Source: Candidatus Binataceae bacterium
GTDB taxonomy: Bacteria > Desulfobacterota > Binatia > Binatales > Binataceae
Reading direction: 5' to 3'
NCBI GenBank assembly: GCA_050736615.1
Contig: JBOHWL010000136.1
Span: 16,828 to 80,827 of the forward strand
DNA length: 64,000 nucleotides
The notes beneath the pieces are model-generated. The model was not told the origin of the DNA and ran no database searches. It saw only the letters and a list, made by a program, of their open reading frames with translations. Position numbers and translations under genes: made by a program. This document shows, piece after piece, positions 1 to 10,010 of this stretch (positions within the stretch are counted from its first letter, which is position 1; each line of letters opens with the position of its first letter).

Positions 1-905
1 ATTTCTTTGGCCGTATCCACGAGTTCGCCTGGGCGGCTTCGATGCTGCCGCGGGTTGTGAATCGAATTGCCGCCAGTGCCGCCGGCGAGATGGCCAAGCG
101 TTGGTTGCGGATTCATCCCGCACGCGCGCTGCCAAGCTTCGCGCCAGAGACCTTTCGCTCCTGGTTCAAGCATCATCCTGTGGGGGAAAGCACGAACGAA
201 GTGATGCTCTTTCCAGACACTTTCAACAATTTTTTTGAACCGGCGGTTGCAATTGCGGCAGTCGAGGTGCTCGAACGCGCGGGTTTCCGCGTGATGATTC
301 CACCCCGCGATCTTTGCTGCGGCAGGCCGCTTTACGATCAAGGCATGCTCGAGGCGGCGCGCCGTCGCCTGGCGGGTCTGCTCAAAACGCTGTCGCCCCA
401 TGTGGCGCGCGGTATCCCCGTGATCGGCCTCGAACCGAGCTGCATTCTGACGTTTCGCGACGAATTACCGATGATGTTTCCACGCGCTTCCGACGCGCGC
501 GCGCTGGCCGCTCGAACCTTCATGCTGGATGAATTTCTGGCCAAAGAGGCACCCACCTTCACCCCGCCGAGCTTGCGCGGCGATGCGATCGTGCATGGCC
601 ACTGCCATCAGAAAGCGCTCGCGAGTCTTACGGGAGAATTGTCGATTTTGCGCAAGGCCTCGGAACTGACGGTGGTGTCGCCGGACGCAGGATGCTGCGG
701 TATGGCTGGCGCGTTCGGCTATGGCATGGAGCGTTACGAAATTTCACGCACAATCGGCGAGCGCGTGCTGTTGCCCGCGGTGCGCAACAGCCCCGCCGAC
801 ACGCTGATCATCGCCGACGGGTTCGCTTGCCGCTCACAAATTCGGCACTTCTGCCCGGACCGCCGGCCAATGCATTTTGCCGAAGTGCTGAACCTGACAA
901 CCTGA
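1..905 (+). CDS. 5'-partial (Fe-S)-binding oxidoreductase subunit with two cysteine-rich CCG domains (GlcF/GlpC/HdrD-like)
   Basis: The reading frame stays open upstream to base 1 (FFGRIHEFAWAAS precedes the listed Met). CCG motifs DLCCGRPLY and DAGCCGMAGAFGY are present, plus PSC, HCHQ and FACRSQI cysteine signatures. Confidence 0.7.
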   Translation, partial: FFGRIHEFAWAASMLPRVVNRIAASAAGEMAKRWLRIHPARALPSFAPETFRSWFKHHPVGESTNEVMLFPDTFNNFFEPAVAIAAVEVLERAGFRVMIPPRDLCCGRPLYDQGMLEAARRRLAGLLKTLSPHVARGIPVIGLEPSCILTFRDELPMMFPRASDARALAARTFMLDEFLAKEAPTFTPPSLRGDAIVHGHCHQKALASLTGELSILRKASELTVVSPDAGCCGMAGAFGYGMERYEISRTIGERVLLPAVRNSPADTLIIADGFACRSQIRHFCPDRRPMHFAEVLNLTT

Positions 906-946
906 TCCGCATACTGCGCGTTTGCAAGGGAGAAGAAACTGTGGCG

Positions 947-1948
947 ATGCATCTTGGGGTAACGATTCCGCTCGATGGCTTCCTGAACCATCACGTGACC
1001 GATTTAGCCCGTCATGCCGAAAAGCTTGGCTTCACCGACGCGTGGTCATCCGAGACTTATCAGACCGACGCTTTCTCGCCGTTGGCCGCGGCGGCGGCCG
1101 TAACGCAACGGATCCGGCTCGGCACCGCAATCGTGCCCGTCTTCACACGACCGCCGGCACTGATCGCGATGTCCGCCGCCGCGCTGCAGCAAGCCTCCAA
1201 CGGCCGCTTCGTGTTGGGATTGGGTATCACCACTCCGACCATCGCCACGCAATGGATGGGCGTCGAATACAAGCTGCCATTGACGCGAATGCGCGAGACT
1301 GTGGCGGCTCTGCGGATGGCGTTCAGTCAGCAAAAGATGACGCTGAAGGGCAAGGCGATTGTGGTAAACGGCTTCCGCCTTGACCCGTCACTTGAAAATC
1401 CACCGCCGATTTACATTGGCGCGCAGGGTGAAAAGATGCTGCGGCTGGCGGGCGAGCTTGGCGATGGCGTCGTGGTGAATTTCATCACGCCGGAGACTTT
1501 CCCTCAAATGCTCGCGCATATCAAAGAAGGGGCGCGAGCGGCGGGCCGTCCGGCTGACAATTTCGATGTCGCCTGCCGCATCGTTATCGCGGTGGACCAG
1601 GAACATGAAATTGTGCGTGAGGAATTGCGCCGTGAATTGACCGCTTATCTCACCGTGCCACAATACAACAAGTTTTTTTGCGAAATTGGCTATGCGGACG
1701 AGGCGACCGTCGCACTCGAGGCGTGGAATCACGGCGACCGCAAGAAGGCGCTCCAGTCAGTGCCGGACTACATGGTCGACGCGATTTTTATTTCGGGAAC
1801 GCCCGACCATTGGGTCCAGCGTCTGCGCGATTATGAAAAGGCGGGCATCACGACCTCGGCCTTCAAATTTAATTCTTACGCCAAGACGCCGGAGGAGAAG
1901 CGCGCGAGAATCATGGCCGCGATGGAAGCGCTCGCCGCCGCCTGGTAA
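947..1948 (+). CDS. LLM-class (luciferase-like, F420/flavin-dependent) oxidoreductase
   Basis: Start reassigned to ATG 947 (MHLGVTIPLDG), which follows an AAGGGAGAAG RBS. The listed ORF from 692 adds an Arg-rich, non-protein-like leader. LLM motifs RIRLGTAIVPVFTRPP, RFVLGLGI and ISGTPD are present. Confidence 0.75.
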   Translation: MHLGVTIPLDGFLNHHVTDLARHAEKLGFTDAWSSETYQTDAFSPLAAAAAVTQRIRLGTAIVPVFTRPPALIAMSAAALQQASNGRFVLGLGITTPTIATQWMGVEYKLPLTRMRETVAALRMAFSQQKMTLKGKAIVVNGFRLDPSLENPPPIYIGAQGEKMLRLAGELGDGVVVNFITPETFPQMLAHIKEGARAAGRPADNFDVACRIVIAVDQEHEIVREELRRELTAYLTVPQYNKFFCEIGYADEATVALEAWNHGDRKKALQSVPDYMVDAIFISGTPDHWVQRLRDYEKAGITTSAFKFNSYAKTPEEKRARIMAAMEALAAAW

Positions 1949-2050
1949 CCGCCCTGGAGAGTTAAAATAAATCGCCGGATGGCCCGGTTTCCCGCAGCTC
2001 GTGGGTTTGCCTGGTCGCTTCGCCGCGCGCAGCGCGGCTCCACTAGCCAC

Positions 2051-2082
2051 GCTCGAAATGACAGGGAAGGGCTTGTGCGGAG
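2051..2082. repeat. partial copy (right arm only) of the palindromic MITE/REP-like element family
   Basis: gcttcgccgcgcgcagcgcggctccactagccacgCTCGAAATGACAGggaaGGGCTTGTGCGGA matches both the interior and the right terminus (TTCGGAATGACAG) of the 17799-17872 copy. It also matches the right flank (GGGCTTGTGCGGA) of the 34937-35098 copy. No left terminus was found. Confidence 0.3.
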
Positions 2083-2161
2083 CTTCCTCGGATTCAATCA
2101 ATTGAAGACATGCTCTCAGGGCGGCGGGCCTCGCATCCCGCCGCCGTTGGCCGCCCGTCAC

Positions 2162-2779
2162 TTACCAGCCGAGGAATTGGCCCACCATGGCGCCCAACTG
2201 TGAGCCATACTCAGGCCTGTAGTAGGGCGGCGAATATGATTGGCTATATGAATATGCCGGCCCTGACGCGTAGGCGTAATTGCCTTTGAGATTGTGGCCG
2301 CCATTGTCGCGCCCAATCCGGCTGCTCAGACCCTGGATCACGTTGCCCAGCCGATGCTCAGCGTCTTTGTCACCGCGTGCGCGCGCCGCACGATAATCCT
2401 TCCATGCCACTGAGCGTCGTTGCATCAGATAAGCGAGTGATGACGAATTGTCGTAGGCGCCGTTGTAACCGCCATAGTAAGCCCCGCTGCCGGGGCCCTG
2501 AAATTGGCGGGCGAAACCCGGGTTGCCGGAGGCGGCCCGACCCCAGTCATGATCATCGTGATGGTGCCTCCAGGCATCATCGTGATGGTGTCGCCAGTCG
2601 TCGTTGTCATGCCGCCACCAAGCACCACGAGGCTGCCATTCGTGGCCACGATTGCAGGTCCACGCTGGCCCGTGATGCCCGCGACCCCAACCATGGCCAG
2701 GGTGCGCTAGCGCAGCGGCTGGCAGCGCCATCATCGCCAAACCCAACACAGCACCAACCAATTTCTGCTTTGACAGCAT
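2162..2779 (-). CDS. secreted histidine/tryptophan/aspartate-rich repeat protein (putative periplasmic metal-binding protein)
   Basis: N-terminal signal peptide MLSKQKLVGAVLGLAMMALPAAALA. Repeats WRHHHDDAW / WRHHHDDHDW are encoded by a tandem ~27-bp DNA repeat (atcatcgtgatggtg...) around 2550-2610. The C-terminus is rich in Tyr, Ser, Pro and Gly. Confidence 0.55.
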   Translation of the reverse strand: MLSKQKLVGAVLGLAMMALPAAALAHPGHGWGRGHHGPAWTCNRGHEWQPRGAWWRHDNDDWRHHHDDAWRHHHDDHDWGRAASGNPGFARQFQGPGSGAYYGGYNGAYDNSSSLAYLMQRRSVAWKDYRAARARGDKDAEHRLGNVIQGLSSRIGRDNGGHNLKGNYAYASGPAYSYSQSYSPPYYRPEYGSQLGAMVGQFLGW

Positions 2780-3113
2780 AGCCTGGACCCCTCCTCATTC
2801 CGAATGACGTTCGTGCTTCGATTTTGGTTACAGTCACTATCATTGTCTTTGTAGCGAGCGAGCGAGCAGCTTCTGACCGGTTCTAATCAGCAGCAAGTAT
2901 GCCTTAGCAAAAGCAGTCAGGCGGTGCGGTAAAGCGTCTTTTAGCGAGTGTCAGCCGACGGTGAAAAAAAACTGTCGTTGACCAGCCATACCAGCCCGTG
3001 CGGCTCGTACGAAAGCGGCGAGACGATCTCAATCGGAATTAACGAACTTTAATGTTCTCGAGCGGGAGCGCTATGCTCGCAAATAAGACGGAATCAAGTA
3101 GGTGGTAGACAGC

Positions 3114-4073
3114 ATGAATTATGGCGTGTGCCTTTCACCCTTCCTCACCGATTCGTATGCCGATTTGGTTCGGCTGGCGCGAGAAGCGGAAGCTTACGGA
3201 TTTGGTGGGATCTTCATTCCGGAGGCCGCCAATGATGGGTTGATGTGCTGCGACGCCATCGCGCGCGCTACCAGCCGGGTCCGATTGGCCAGTTGGATCG
3301 CGAACATCTACCTGCGCCAGCCAATGCTCTGTGCCTCGGCGGCCGCAATGGTGCAGGAAGCGGCGGACGGGCGTTTTGTGCTCGGCCTAGGCGTGAGCCA
3401 TCGCCCGATGCTCGAAGCACTCGGCATGGAAATGCGCGATGCGCGCGCATACTTGAGCCATTATATCACGGCGATTCGCGCAGTATTAAGCGGCCAGCCG
3501 ATCGGGCCGCTCCGCGTGCGAGTGCCGCTAACGCCGGTTCCGATTCATGTGGCGGCCCTGGCGCTGGAGACTATCCGCTTGGGCGCCGAACTGGCCGATG
3601 GGCTGATGCTCGACAATTGTACGCCGGAACGTTTGGGCCGCGCGATCAAGGTGGCGGGAGCGACGCGCGCGCGGTTTGGCCGCCAGTCCGCGCCTTTCGA
3701 GATAACCACCGGCGTGCTCGTGTTCCTTCATCAACGGAGCGATCGCGCGTACGACGCGGCGCGCCGGAGCATCGCACGTTACGCGATGCTGCCCGCGTAC
3801 AATCGCCTGTTCGCGAATAGCGGCTTCATTGCTGAGGCGAAAACTATCACCGAAGCCGCGACGCGCAATGACGCGGCCGCCGCGGCAGCGGCAGTGAACG
3901 ATCGGATGGTGGATGCGCTCTCGATAACCGGCTCGCCCGCGCGATGTCGCGAGCGGCTTGATCAATACGCCCGCCTCGGCGCGGACAATCTCGTCCTGCG
4001 GCCGAGTCCGGTGGACGAAGATTACGCGACCTGCGTGCGCCAAGCGTTACGCGCCTTATCCTCCGCGCTATAA
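3114..4073 (+). CDS. LLM-class (luciferase-like) oxidoreductase, second paralog
   Basis: ATG at 3114 (MNYGVCLSPF). The ORF track starts at GTG 3102. Motifs GRFVLGLGVSHRPM and ITGSPARCRERLDQY are typical of LLM/F420-dependent enzymes. Confidence 0.75.
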   Translation: MNYGVCLSPFLTDSYADLVRLAREAEAYGFGGIFIPEAANDGLMCCDAIARATSRVRLASWIANIYLRQPMLCASAAAMVQEAADGRFVLGLGVSHRPMLEALGMEMRDARAYLSHYITAIRAVLSGQPIGPLRVRVPLTPVPIHVAALALETIRLGAELADGLMLDNCTPERLGRAIKVAGATRARFGRQSAPFEITTGVLVFLHQRSDRAYDAARRSIARYAMLPAYNRLFANSGFIAEAKTITEAATRNDAAAAAAAVNDRMVDALSITGSPARCRERLDQYARLGADNLVLRPSPVDEDYATCVRQALRALSSAL

Positions 4074-4101
4074 GTCGGCGCGATCAAACGATCTCGCAGC
4101 T

Positions 4102-4146
4102 AACGCTGAAAGGCAGCCACATGCGACCGCCCTTCAGCGTTTTTAT
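4102..4146 (+). terminator. rho-independent terminator candidate downstream of the LLM gene
   Basis: Inverted repeat aacgctgaaagg ... ccttcagcgtt (12-bp stem, about 17-nt loop) is followed by TTTTTAT. It sits in the convergent gap between the 3114-4073 (+) and 4197-4766 (-) genes. Confidence 0.45.
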
Positions 4147-4196
4147 GATTCGGAAGCAGTAGAATGCGAAATCAGGCTTCGGATGAGGTAACCGGT

Positions 4197-4766
4197 TCAG
4201 CCATGCGCTTTGCGTAATCCATGCCCTTTGGCGCGGTTCGCGCTGGCGGCTATCGCCACTTCATTTTTGCGCAACGAGCGGTCCTTGAAGGCGGGCGAGG
4301 CCATCCGCGCTTCACTCGGCGGGCTGGTTTCAACCGCAACGATTTGTGCGATATCGACCACCGGTGCATCGGGTACCGATACTGGAGTTTCAAGCGCCGC
4401 ACGAGCTTCCGCAGCTCGTTGGAGGGACGCAAGCTTGCGCTCTTTCCACTGTTTGAGCCCGCGCCGCATATACTCAGGGTTGATGTCGAGCATGTCGCAG
4501 ACGTTATCGAACGAGAAGACCCACAGTTTATCTTCGAGTCCGATCCATTCATCAGCGTCGCGGAATAAGCGCTGTCCCTTGCTGGTGGACGAGTCGATGC
4601 ATTTCATAAAGCATTCGACCGCATCCTCCAATACGCTAAGGATGAGCCGCTTTTCGCCTTCGAGCAGATGCTTTTTGCGCATCGCCTCGAAGTACTGAAT
4701 GGGCAAGAGCGTGTCGGGTTCGAACAGTCCCGGCAGTTTCTCGTCCAGAGTTTCCTTTTCCTGCAT
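4197..4766 (-). CDS. hypothetical protein with predicted C-terminal helix-turn-helix; paralog of the 32814-33269 gene; last gene of the isc transcription unit
   Basis: Start reassigned to ATG 4766 (MQEKETLDEK), preceded by GGGAGGAAAA. The ORF track's longer N-terminus would overlap iscX. The product shares ...LP.Q.F.AM...E.RL.L.VL.DA ... W.FSFD.VCD.L.INPE..R..L with the 32814-33269 product. I do not recognise the family. Confidence 0.5.
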   Translation of the reverse strand: MQEKETLDEKLPGLFEPDTLLPIQYFEAMRKKHLLEGEKRLILSVLEDAVECFMKCIDSSTSKGQRLFRDADEWIGLEDKLWVFSFDNVCDMLDINPEYMRRGLKQWKERKLASLQRAAEARAALETPVSVPDAPVVDIAQIVAVETSPPSEARMASPAFKDRSLRKNEVAIAASANRAKGHGLRKAHG

Positions 4767-4842
4767 TTTTCCTCCCTGGTCTCCCCTCATCGCTTCCACC
4801 ACCCCGACCTCCTTAGTCTTAATGACGTAATACGACGATGTT

Positions 4843-5076
4843 CTATTCAATTTCGTCGTCGTTTTGCTCTTCGTACAGTTCGTGCCAAGCCATCTGCACG
4901 GCTTCGAGTTTGGTTTCGCTCGAACCGTCCGGCTCATCGTCGAATTCGTCGAGATCCAGGATCCACTGCCTCAGGTCCGTAAAACGCACATCAAGCGGAT
5001 CCAGTCCTGGGTGATTTTCGACAAGGACCTCGGCGATCTCTTCCGCCTGATCCCATTTAAGTCCCATTGCTGCCAA
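4843..5076 (-). CDS. iscX: Fe-S cluster assembly protein IscX (YfhJ-like)
   Basis: MGLKWDQAEEIAEVLVENHPGLDPLDVRFTDLRQWILDLDEFDD is a close match to the enterobacterial IscX pattern. It is acidic and immediately downstream of hscA. Confidence 0.7.
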   Translation of the reverse strand: MAAMGLKWDQAEEIAEVLVENHPGLDPLDVRFTDLRQWILDLDEFDDEPDGSSETKLEAVQMAWHELYEEQNDDEIE

Positions 5077-5142
5077 GTCCTCCCGCGTATTCCCGCCGGC
5101 CGCACGTTGGAATTTCGAGGTTCGCCGCCGTGCGCGGATACG

Positions 5143-7002
5143 TCAAGACAATTCTTCGATCGATTTCTTTTCCAGTGCCTGTTTGATCGCGCGGTCCATG
5201 ATGCGCTCGGCAAACGGCGTCGTCACTTCGTTCAACTCTTCGACCAATCCGGCGATAAGCTCACGGTCCTCGCTGTCGCGCGCATGGTCCAGGCGAGCGG
5301 CCGTCCGCTCGATTTGTTCCCGCTCATCTCCAATCAGGTCGCCATATTGGTCCATCTGCTTGCGCAGAGCGGCGAGGATTTGATCGGCGTCGTTGCGCGC
5401 GCTTATCAGCAGGCGCCGCTCGATATCCTCCTCGCCGAGGTCGATCGCCTCTTCCAACATTCGCTCGATGTCTTCGTCGATAAGGCCATAACTGGGTTTG
5501 ACATCGACCGAATGTTCGCGTCCGCTGCGCTCATCGCGCGCCGTGACGTTAAGAATCCCATTGGCGTCGATCAGAAACGTCACCTCAACACGGGGAACGC
5601 CAGCCGGCTGCGGCGCGATTGGCCCAAGCTTGAAGCGGGCAAGGCTCCGGCAATCTTTGGCAAGTTCCCGCTCACCTTGCAAGACATGAATATCGACATG
5701 CGTCTGGCTGTCCACAGCGGTTGTGAACATCTCGGCGGTGCTGGTCGGAATGGTGGTATTGCGATGGATCAGGCGTTCCATCACCCCGCCCATCGTCTCG
5801 ATGCCGAGCGACAATGGCACCACGTCGAGCAGCAGCATGTCTCCCTGGGTGCCCATTAACACTCCGGCCTGAACCGCTGCGCCGAGTGCGACCACCTGGT
5901 CTGGATCAAGGGAGCATAGCGGTTCACGGCCAAAAAACTCCGCTACCCGCCGGCGGACCAGTGGCACTCGTGTGGCGCCGCCGACTAAGACCACGGCGCT
6001 TATATCCGCCGCCTGCAGCCCAGCGTCTTTGAGTGCGCGCCCGCAGCACTCAAGCGTCCGTTTGACCAACGGCCACGTTATGCTCTCGAATTCTTCCCGG
6101 GTCAAACCGCGTTCGATATGGTGGCCAGGTAATTCCAGCCTGAGCATGGCCGTGTTAGCGTCAGTGAGCTCTTTTTTGGCATTTTCTGCCGCCAGACGCG
6201 CGCTATTCCATACGTGACGATCAGTACGCATCGCTGCGGGTGTTTGCGCTAGCAGCAGTTCGACTAACGCACGATCCATGTCATCGCCGCCCAGATGGGT
6301 GTCGCCGTTGGTGGCCAAGACCTCGAAGATGCCGCCTTTGATATTCAGGATGGAAATGTCGAAGGTACCGCCGCCCAAATCGTAAACCGCGACGCGACCT
6401 TCGGTTATCTGCTGAAGGCCGTAAGCCAGCGACGCGGCCGTGGGTTCATTGACCAGTCGCACGACCTCGAGGCCGGCCAAGCGTCCAGCGTCCTTGGTGG
6501 CCTGACGTTGACCGTCGTTGAAGTAGGCCGGCACTGTGATCACCACGCGCTCGACGCTCTCGCTCACAGCGGCTTCAGCCCGATGCTTGAGCGCGCGCAG
6601 AATCTCGGCGGAAATTTGCGGTGGCGTATAGGTTCGGCGGCCGGCTTGAAAACGCACCACTGGGCCCGAAAAATCAGTGAAGCTGTAGCGGGTGCGGTCG
6701 TCGTCGGCGATTTCATCGCCGCCAAGGCCCATGTAGCGTTTGACGGAGCGAATCACGGCTCCGTATTCGCCGCGTTCAAAGCCGATCGGCACCACCCGTC
6801 CGTCGCGTTCAATCGTCAGATGGGGTTCCATCCCGATGGCGTGTGCGCCCACCGATACGACACCGTCCGGAGCTATAGCCACGACCGAGGGCAATAGCGC
6901 GTTGCCGCTGGCCGGGTCGGCGATCACGCGCGGTTTGCCATCGTCCATGATGGCAATAAGGCTGTTGGTCGTGCCGAGATCTATGCCGAAAATTCGTGTC
7001 AT
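5143..7002 (-). CDS. hscA: Fe-S cluster chaperone HscA (Hsp70 family)
   Basis: Hsp70 signatures [40 protein letters not shown] and VLVGGATR, in isc operon context. Start placed at ATG 7002 ([10 protein letters not shown]). The ORF track starts at 7026 and adds MREFCFFA, which is the alternative. Confidence 0.85.
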   Translation of the reverse strand: MTRIFGIDLGTTNSLIAIMDDGKPRVIADPASGNALLPSVVAIAPDGVVSVGAHAIGMEPHLTIERDGRVVPIGFERGEYGAVIRSVKRYMGLGGDEIADDDRTRYSFTDFSGPVVRFQAGRRTYTPPQISAEILRALKHRAEAAVSESVERVVITVPAYFNDGQRQATKDAGRLAGLEVVRLVNEPTAASLAYGLQQITEGRVAVYDLGGGTFDISILNIKGGIFEVLATNGDTHLGGDDMDRALVELLLAQTPAAMRTDRHVWNSARLAAENAKKELTDANTAMLRLELPGHHIERGLTREEFESITWPLVKRTLECCGRALKDAGLQAADISAVVLVGGATRVPLVRRRVAEFFGREPLCSLDPDQVVALGAAVQAGVLMGTQGDMLLLDVVPLSLGIETMGGVMERLIHRNTTIPTSTAEMFTTAVDSQTHVDIHVLQGERELAKDCRSLARFKLGPIAPQPAGVPRVEVTFLIDANGILNVTARDERSGREHSVDVKPSYGLIDEDIERMLEEAIDLGEEDIERRLLISARNDADQILAALRKQMDQYGDLIGDEREQIERTAARLDHARDSEDRELIAGLVEELNEVTTPFAERIMDRAIKQALEKKSIEELS

Positions 7003-7078
7003 CGCAAAAAAACAAAACTCGCGCATCGCACCGGCTGTTACCTATAGCCCGGGCGTGCGCGGAGAAACGACCTTTATG

Positions 7079-7723
7079 TCAGGCTGACGCGGATGATTCA
7101 AGCTCCCGGTCAACATCACGCAAAAGCGTACGCAAATAGGCGATTCTCGACAGCACGGCTTTGAGCTCCGCAGTCAAGCGCTGGTTCGAATCAGCGCCGT
7201 TGTCCCAGCGCTGGAAGTTGCTTTCGAGGTCTCGTCGCGCCACGTCCATTGCGGCTTGCAGCTCGCCGCGACGCTCGACCACTACACCAGCCAGCTCGCG
7301 CGCCTGAGTGTCGTTCAAACTCGCTTCGCGAAATTCGGACAACTGCTCATGCACCTCGAAGACCAGCTCGGCGAGTTCGAGCGGCACGATTTTATTATCT
7401 TTGGCAAGCTGTTCCCCGTTGAGCCCGAGCCAGTAGATTCCGCGCGCCACGGGGTCGCGCAAATTTCGATATGCGCGCGTCAGCAGCGCCGTACTCTTCA
7501 AACTCGCGTCACGCATCGCGGCCGCGCTATTGGCGAAGCGGTCAGGATGAAGTCGGCGGCCCCGATCGTGATAGGCGGCCTCAAGCTGGTTCGCGTCGAT
7601 CATCAGCTTGCGCGGCAGTCCGAGCGCCGAGAAAAAATCCAGCTCAGCACCGGTGGGCGCGCCACATTCATCGCAAACGAGCCGCGGCGGCTGTTGCCGT
7701 CCGCATGACGGGCATCGAATCAT
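7079..7723 (-). CDS. hscB: co-chaperone HscB (J-domain) with N-terminal CxxC...CxxC zinc finger
   Basis: CPSCGRQ...CDECG zinc ribbon at the N-terminus. J-domain HPD motif (RRLHPDRF). Sits between iscA and hscA. Confidence 0.8.
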   Translation of the reverse strand: MIRCPSCGRQQPPRLVCDECGAPTGAELDFFSALGLPRKLMIDANQLEAAYHDRGRRLHPDRFANSAAAMRDASLKSTALLTRAYRNLRDPVARGIYWLGLNGEQLAKDNKIVPLELAELVFEVHEQLSEFREASLNDTQARELAGVVVERRGELQAAMDVARRDLESNFQRWDNGADSNQRLTAELKAVLSRIAYLRTLLRDVDRELESSASA

Positions 7724-7741
7724 GATTACGCCCGGATTATG

Positions 7742-8056
7742 TTAAACCACGAATGATTCGCCGCATCCGCAGGTGCGTTTGGCGTTGGGATTGACCAGTT
7801 TGAAGCCCGACGACATCAACTCTTCGGCGTAGTCGAGCTCCGAACCGTTTAGATAGAGGAAGCTTTTCTTGTCCACGATGAGGCGCGCGCCGTCGCGTTC
7901 AAAAATTTTGTCGCGCTCCTTGGCAGCGTCAATTTCCATGCGATATTGCAAACCGGAACATCCGCCGCCGACCACCTTAACGCGCAGGCCCGCCTCCGGC
8001 TTGTCGGCGACCAGCGCCTTGATTTTAACGACCGCTGAATTGGAAAGAGAAACCAT
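7742..8056 (-). CDS. iscA: Fe-S cluster insertion/scaffold protein IscA (A-type carrier)
   Basis: LRVKVVGGGCSGLQY ... NPNAKRTCGCGESF conserved cysteine motif (C-x(n)-C-G-C). Confidence 0.85.
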   Translation of the reverse strand: MVSLSNSAVVKIKALVADKPEAGLRVKVVGGGCSGLQYRMEIDAAKERDKIFERDGARLIVDKKSFLYLNGSELDYAEELMSSGFKLVNPNAKRTCGCGESFVV

Positions 8057-8076
8057 TCGAATACCGCCGCTCGCGG

Positions 8077-8511
8077 CTAAGCGTGCTCAGCCTTCTTTAC
8101 CGGTTCCGGATTGGCGCTACCGACGGTGGTTCCCTGGTGCTTCTTCCAGTCGGCGATCGCCGCTTTGATTGCGTCCTCGGCCAGCACCGAACAGTGAATT
8201 TTGACCGGCGGCAGATTCAACTCTTTTACGATCACGGTGTTTTTGATCGTCAGCGCTTCGTCGATGCGTTTGCCCTTGACCAGCTCGGTCACATAGCTGG
8301 AGCTGGCAATCGCGCTGCCACAGCCAAAGGTCTTGAAACGCGCATCTTCGATCACGCCGTTATCCGGATTAATCTTGAGCTGCAACTTCATCACGTCGCC
8401 GCATTCCGGCGCACCCACAATACCGGTGCCGACCGAATTGTCGTCCTTGGAAAAACTGCCGACGTTGCGTGGATTGCTGTAATGATCAATGACCTTGTTC
8501 GAGTAAGCCAT
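8077..8511 (-). CDS. iscU: Fe-S cluster scaffold IscU
   Basis: MAYSNKVIDHYSNPRNVG, GAPECGDVMKLQ, FGCGSAIASSS, LPPVKIHCSVLAEDA are canonical IscU motifs. Confidence 0.9.
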   Translation of the reverse strand: MAYSNKVIDHYSNPRNVGSFSKDDNSVGTGIVGAPECGDVMKLQLKINPDNGVIEDARFKTFGCGSAIASSSYVTELVKGKRIDEALTIKNTVIVKELNLPPVKIHCSVLAEDAIKAAIADWKKHQGTTVGSANPEPVKKAEHA

Positions 8512-8554
8512 ATCTGTCTCTCCGTCCGCCTGATAAGTCCCGCACCTATCCTGC

Positions 8555-9775
8555 CTATTCAGCCTTCCACTGCACCGACTTCAAATCGATGCCTTCCTTG
8601 GCCATCTCATAAAGCGGCGACATCTCGCGCAAGCGCTTTACTTCTTTGCTGACCCGGTCGGTCACGTAATCCACTTCCTCTTCGGTATTGAAGCGTCCGA
8701 TACCGAAGCGAATCGAACTGTGCGCCAACTCCTCGTCCGTGCCGAGCGCGCGAATCACGTACGACGGCTCCAAGGTCGCGGAAGTACAGGCCGAACCCGA
8801 GCTTACCGCGATATCGCTCACTCCCATCAGGAGCGATTCGCCCTCGACGTAAGCAAAGCTCAAGTTGAGATTTCCGGGCAGACGCTCGGTGGGATGACCA
8901 TTCAGATAGACCTCATCGAGCCGCTCGAAAATGCCCGCCTGCAACTTATTGCGCAATTCCACCAGGCGTCGCGCCTCCTCGGGCATTTCCGCGGCCGCAA
9001 TCTCGCACGCCTGGCCAAAACCAACGATCCCGGTAACGTTGAGGGTGCCCGAACGCATACCGCGTTCGTGTCCGCCGCCATCGATAATTGGCGTAATACG
9101 CACGCGCGGACCCTTGGAGCGCACATAAAGGGCGCCGACTCCCTTGGGTCCATAAATCTTGTGCGCGCTCATCGACATCAGGTCGATTCCGGCCTTTTCC
9201 ACATCGACCGGGATCTTGCCGACCCCCTGGGTGGCGTCACAATGAAAGACGACGCCTTTTTCCTTCGCCACGCGGCCGATTGCGGCGACCGGATGAATCG
9301 TGCCGATCTCGTTGTTCGCGTACATGATCGTGATCAGCACGGTCTTGTCGGTAATCGCGGCGCGCACGTCATCGGGGTTGACCATGCCGTATTTATCAAC
9401 TGGCAAATAAGTGACGGTGGCCTTGCCCTGGCGTTCGAGCGCGCGACAACTATCGAGCACCGCTTTGTGCTCGGTCACGCAGGTGATGATGTGATTGCCC
9501 TTGTCTTTGTAGAACTCGATCACGCCTTTGATCGCGAGATTGTCGGATTCAGTGGCGCCGCTGGTGAAAATGATTTCCTTAGACTTGGCATTGATAATCC
9601 GCGCGATTTGATTGCGGGCCTTATCAACCGCTTCTTCAGCTTCCCATCCGAAACCGTGATTGCGGCTGGCGGCGTTGCCGAATTTCTGCGTGAAATATGG
9701 CACCATCGCCTCCAGCACCTGCGGATCGACCGGGGTCGTGGCGTGATTGTCCATGTAGATCGGAAGTTTAACCAT
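8555..9775 (-). CDS. iscS: cysteine desulfurase IscS (class V aminotransferase)
   Basis: [43 protein letters not shown] (PLP lysine), SSGSACTS (catalytic Cys). First gene of the operon. Confidence 0.9.
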   Translation of the reverse strand: MVKLPIYMDNHATTPVDPQVLEAMVPYFTQKFGNAASRNHGFGWEAEEAVDKARNQIARIINAKSKEIIFTSGATESDNLAIKGVIEFYKDKGNHIITCVTEHKAVLDSCRALERQGKATVTYLPVDKYGMVNPDDVRAAITDKTVLITIMYANNEIGTIHPVAAIGRVAKEKGVVFHCDATQGVGKIPVDVEKAGIDLMSMSAHKIYGPKGVGALYVRSKGPRVRITPIIDGGGHERGMRSGTLNVTGIVGFGQACEIAAAEMPEEARRLVELRNKLQAGIFERLDEVYLNGHPTERLPGNLNLSFAYVEGESLLMGVSDIAVSSGSACTSATLEPSYVIRALGTDEELAHSSIRFGIGRFNTEEEVDYVTDRVSKEVKRLREMSPLYEMAKEGIDLKSVQWKAE

Positions 9776-9891
9776 TGCGCCCTCTTGGCGGCCCGAGCAC
9801 CGAAAAACCAGCGCACTGTATGAACGTGGGCACTTTCAAAGATTCGGTGCTGGCCGCCTCACTAATTCGCCGCTCAAGGATAATCTGAAAA

Positions 9892-10010
9892 ATTAGTGGA
9901 CCTGTCAAGTATAGTATGGCCGATCGGCCGATCTGTCAAACGCGACAAACCATATTCTCTGGAAGAACTTGCGGAATTTTATGAATAATGGACCTAATTG
10001 GTCCACTAAT
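9892..10010. promoter_or_regulatory. isc promoter region with operator-like repeats: inverted ATTAGTGGACC pair plus an imperfect ~25-bp palindrome
   Basis: ATTAGTGGACC occurs at 9892-9902. Its exact reverse complement GGTCCACTAAT occurs at 10000-10010. The second copy is embedded in TAATGGACCTAATTGGTCCACTAAT (9985-10010), with arms GGACC/GGTCC around TAATT. The region is AT-rich, lies upstream of iscS, and no iscR gene is present. Confidence 0.35.

Noticed and set aside
692-946. N-terminal 85-codon extension of the LLM oxidoreductase ORF (listed start 692)
   Set aside because: The extension is Arg-rich and not protein-like, and it overlaps the upstream gene. An ATG at 947 with an AAGGGAGAAG RBS gives a canonical LLM N-terminus.
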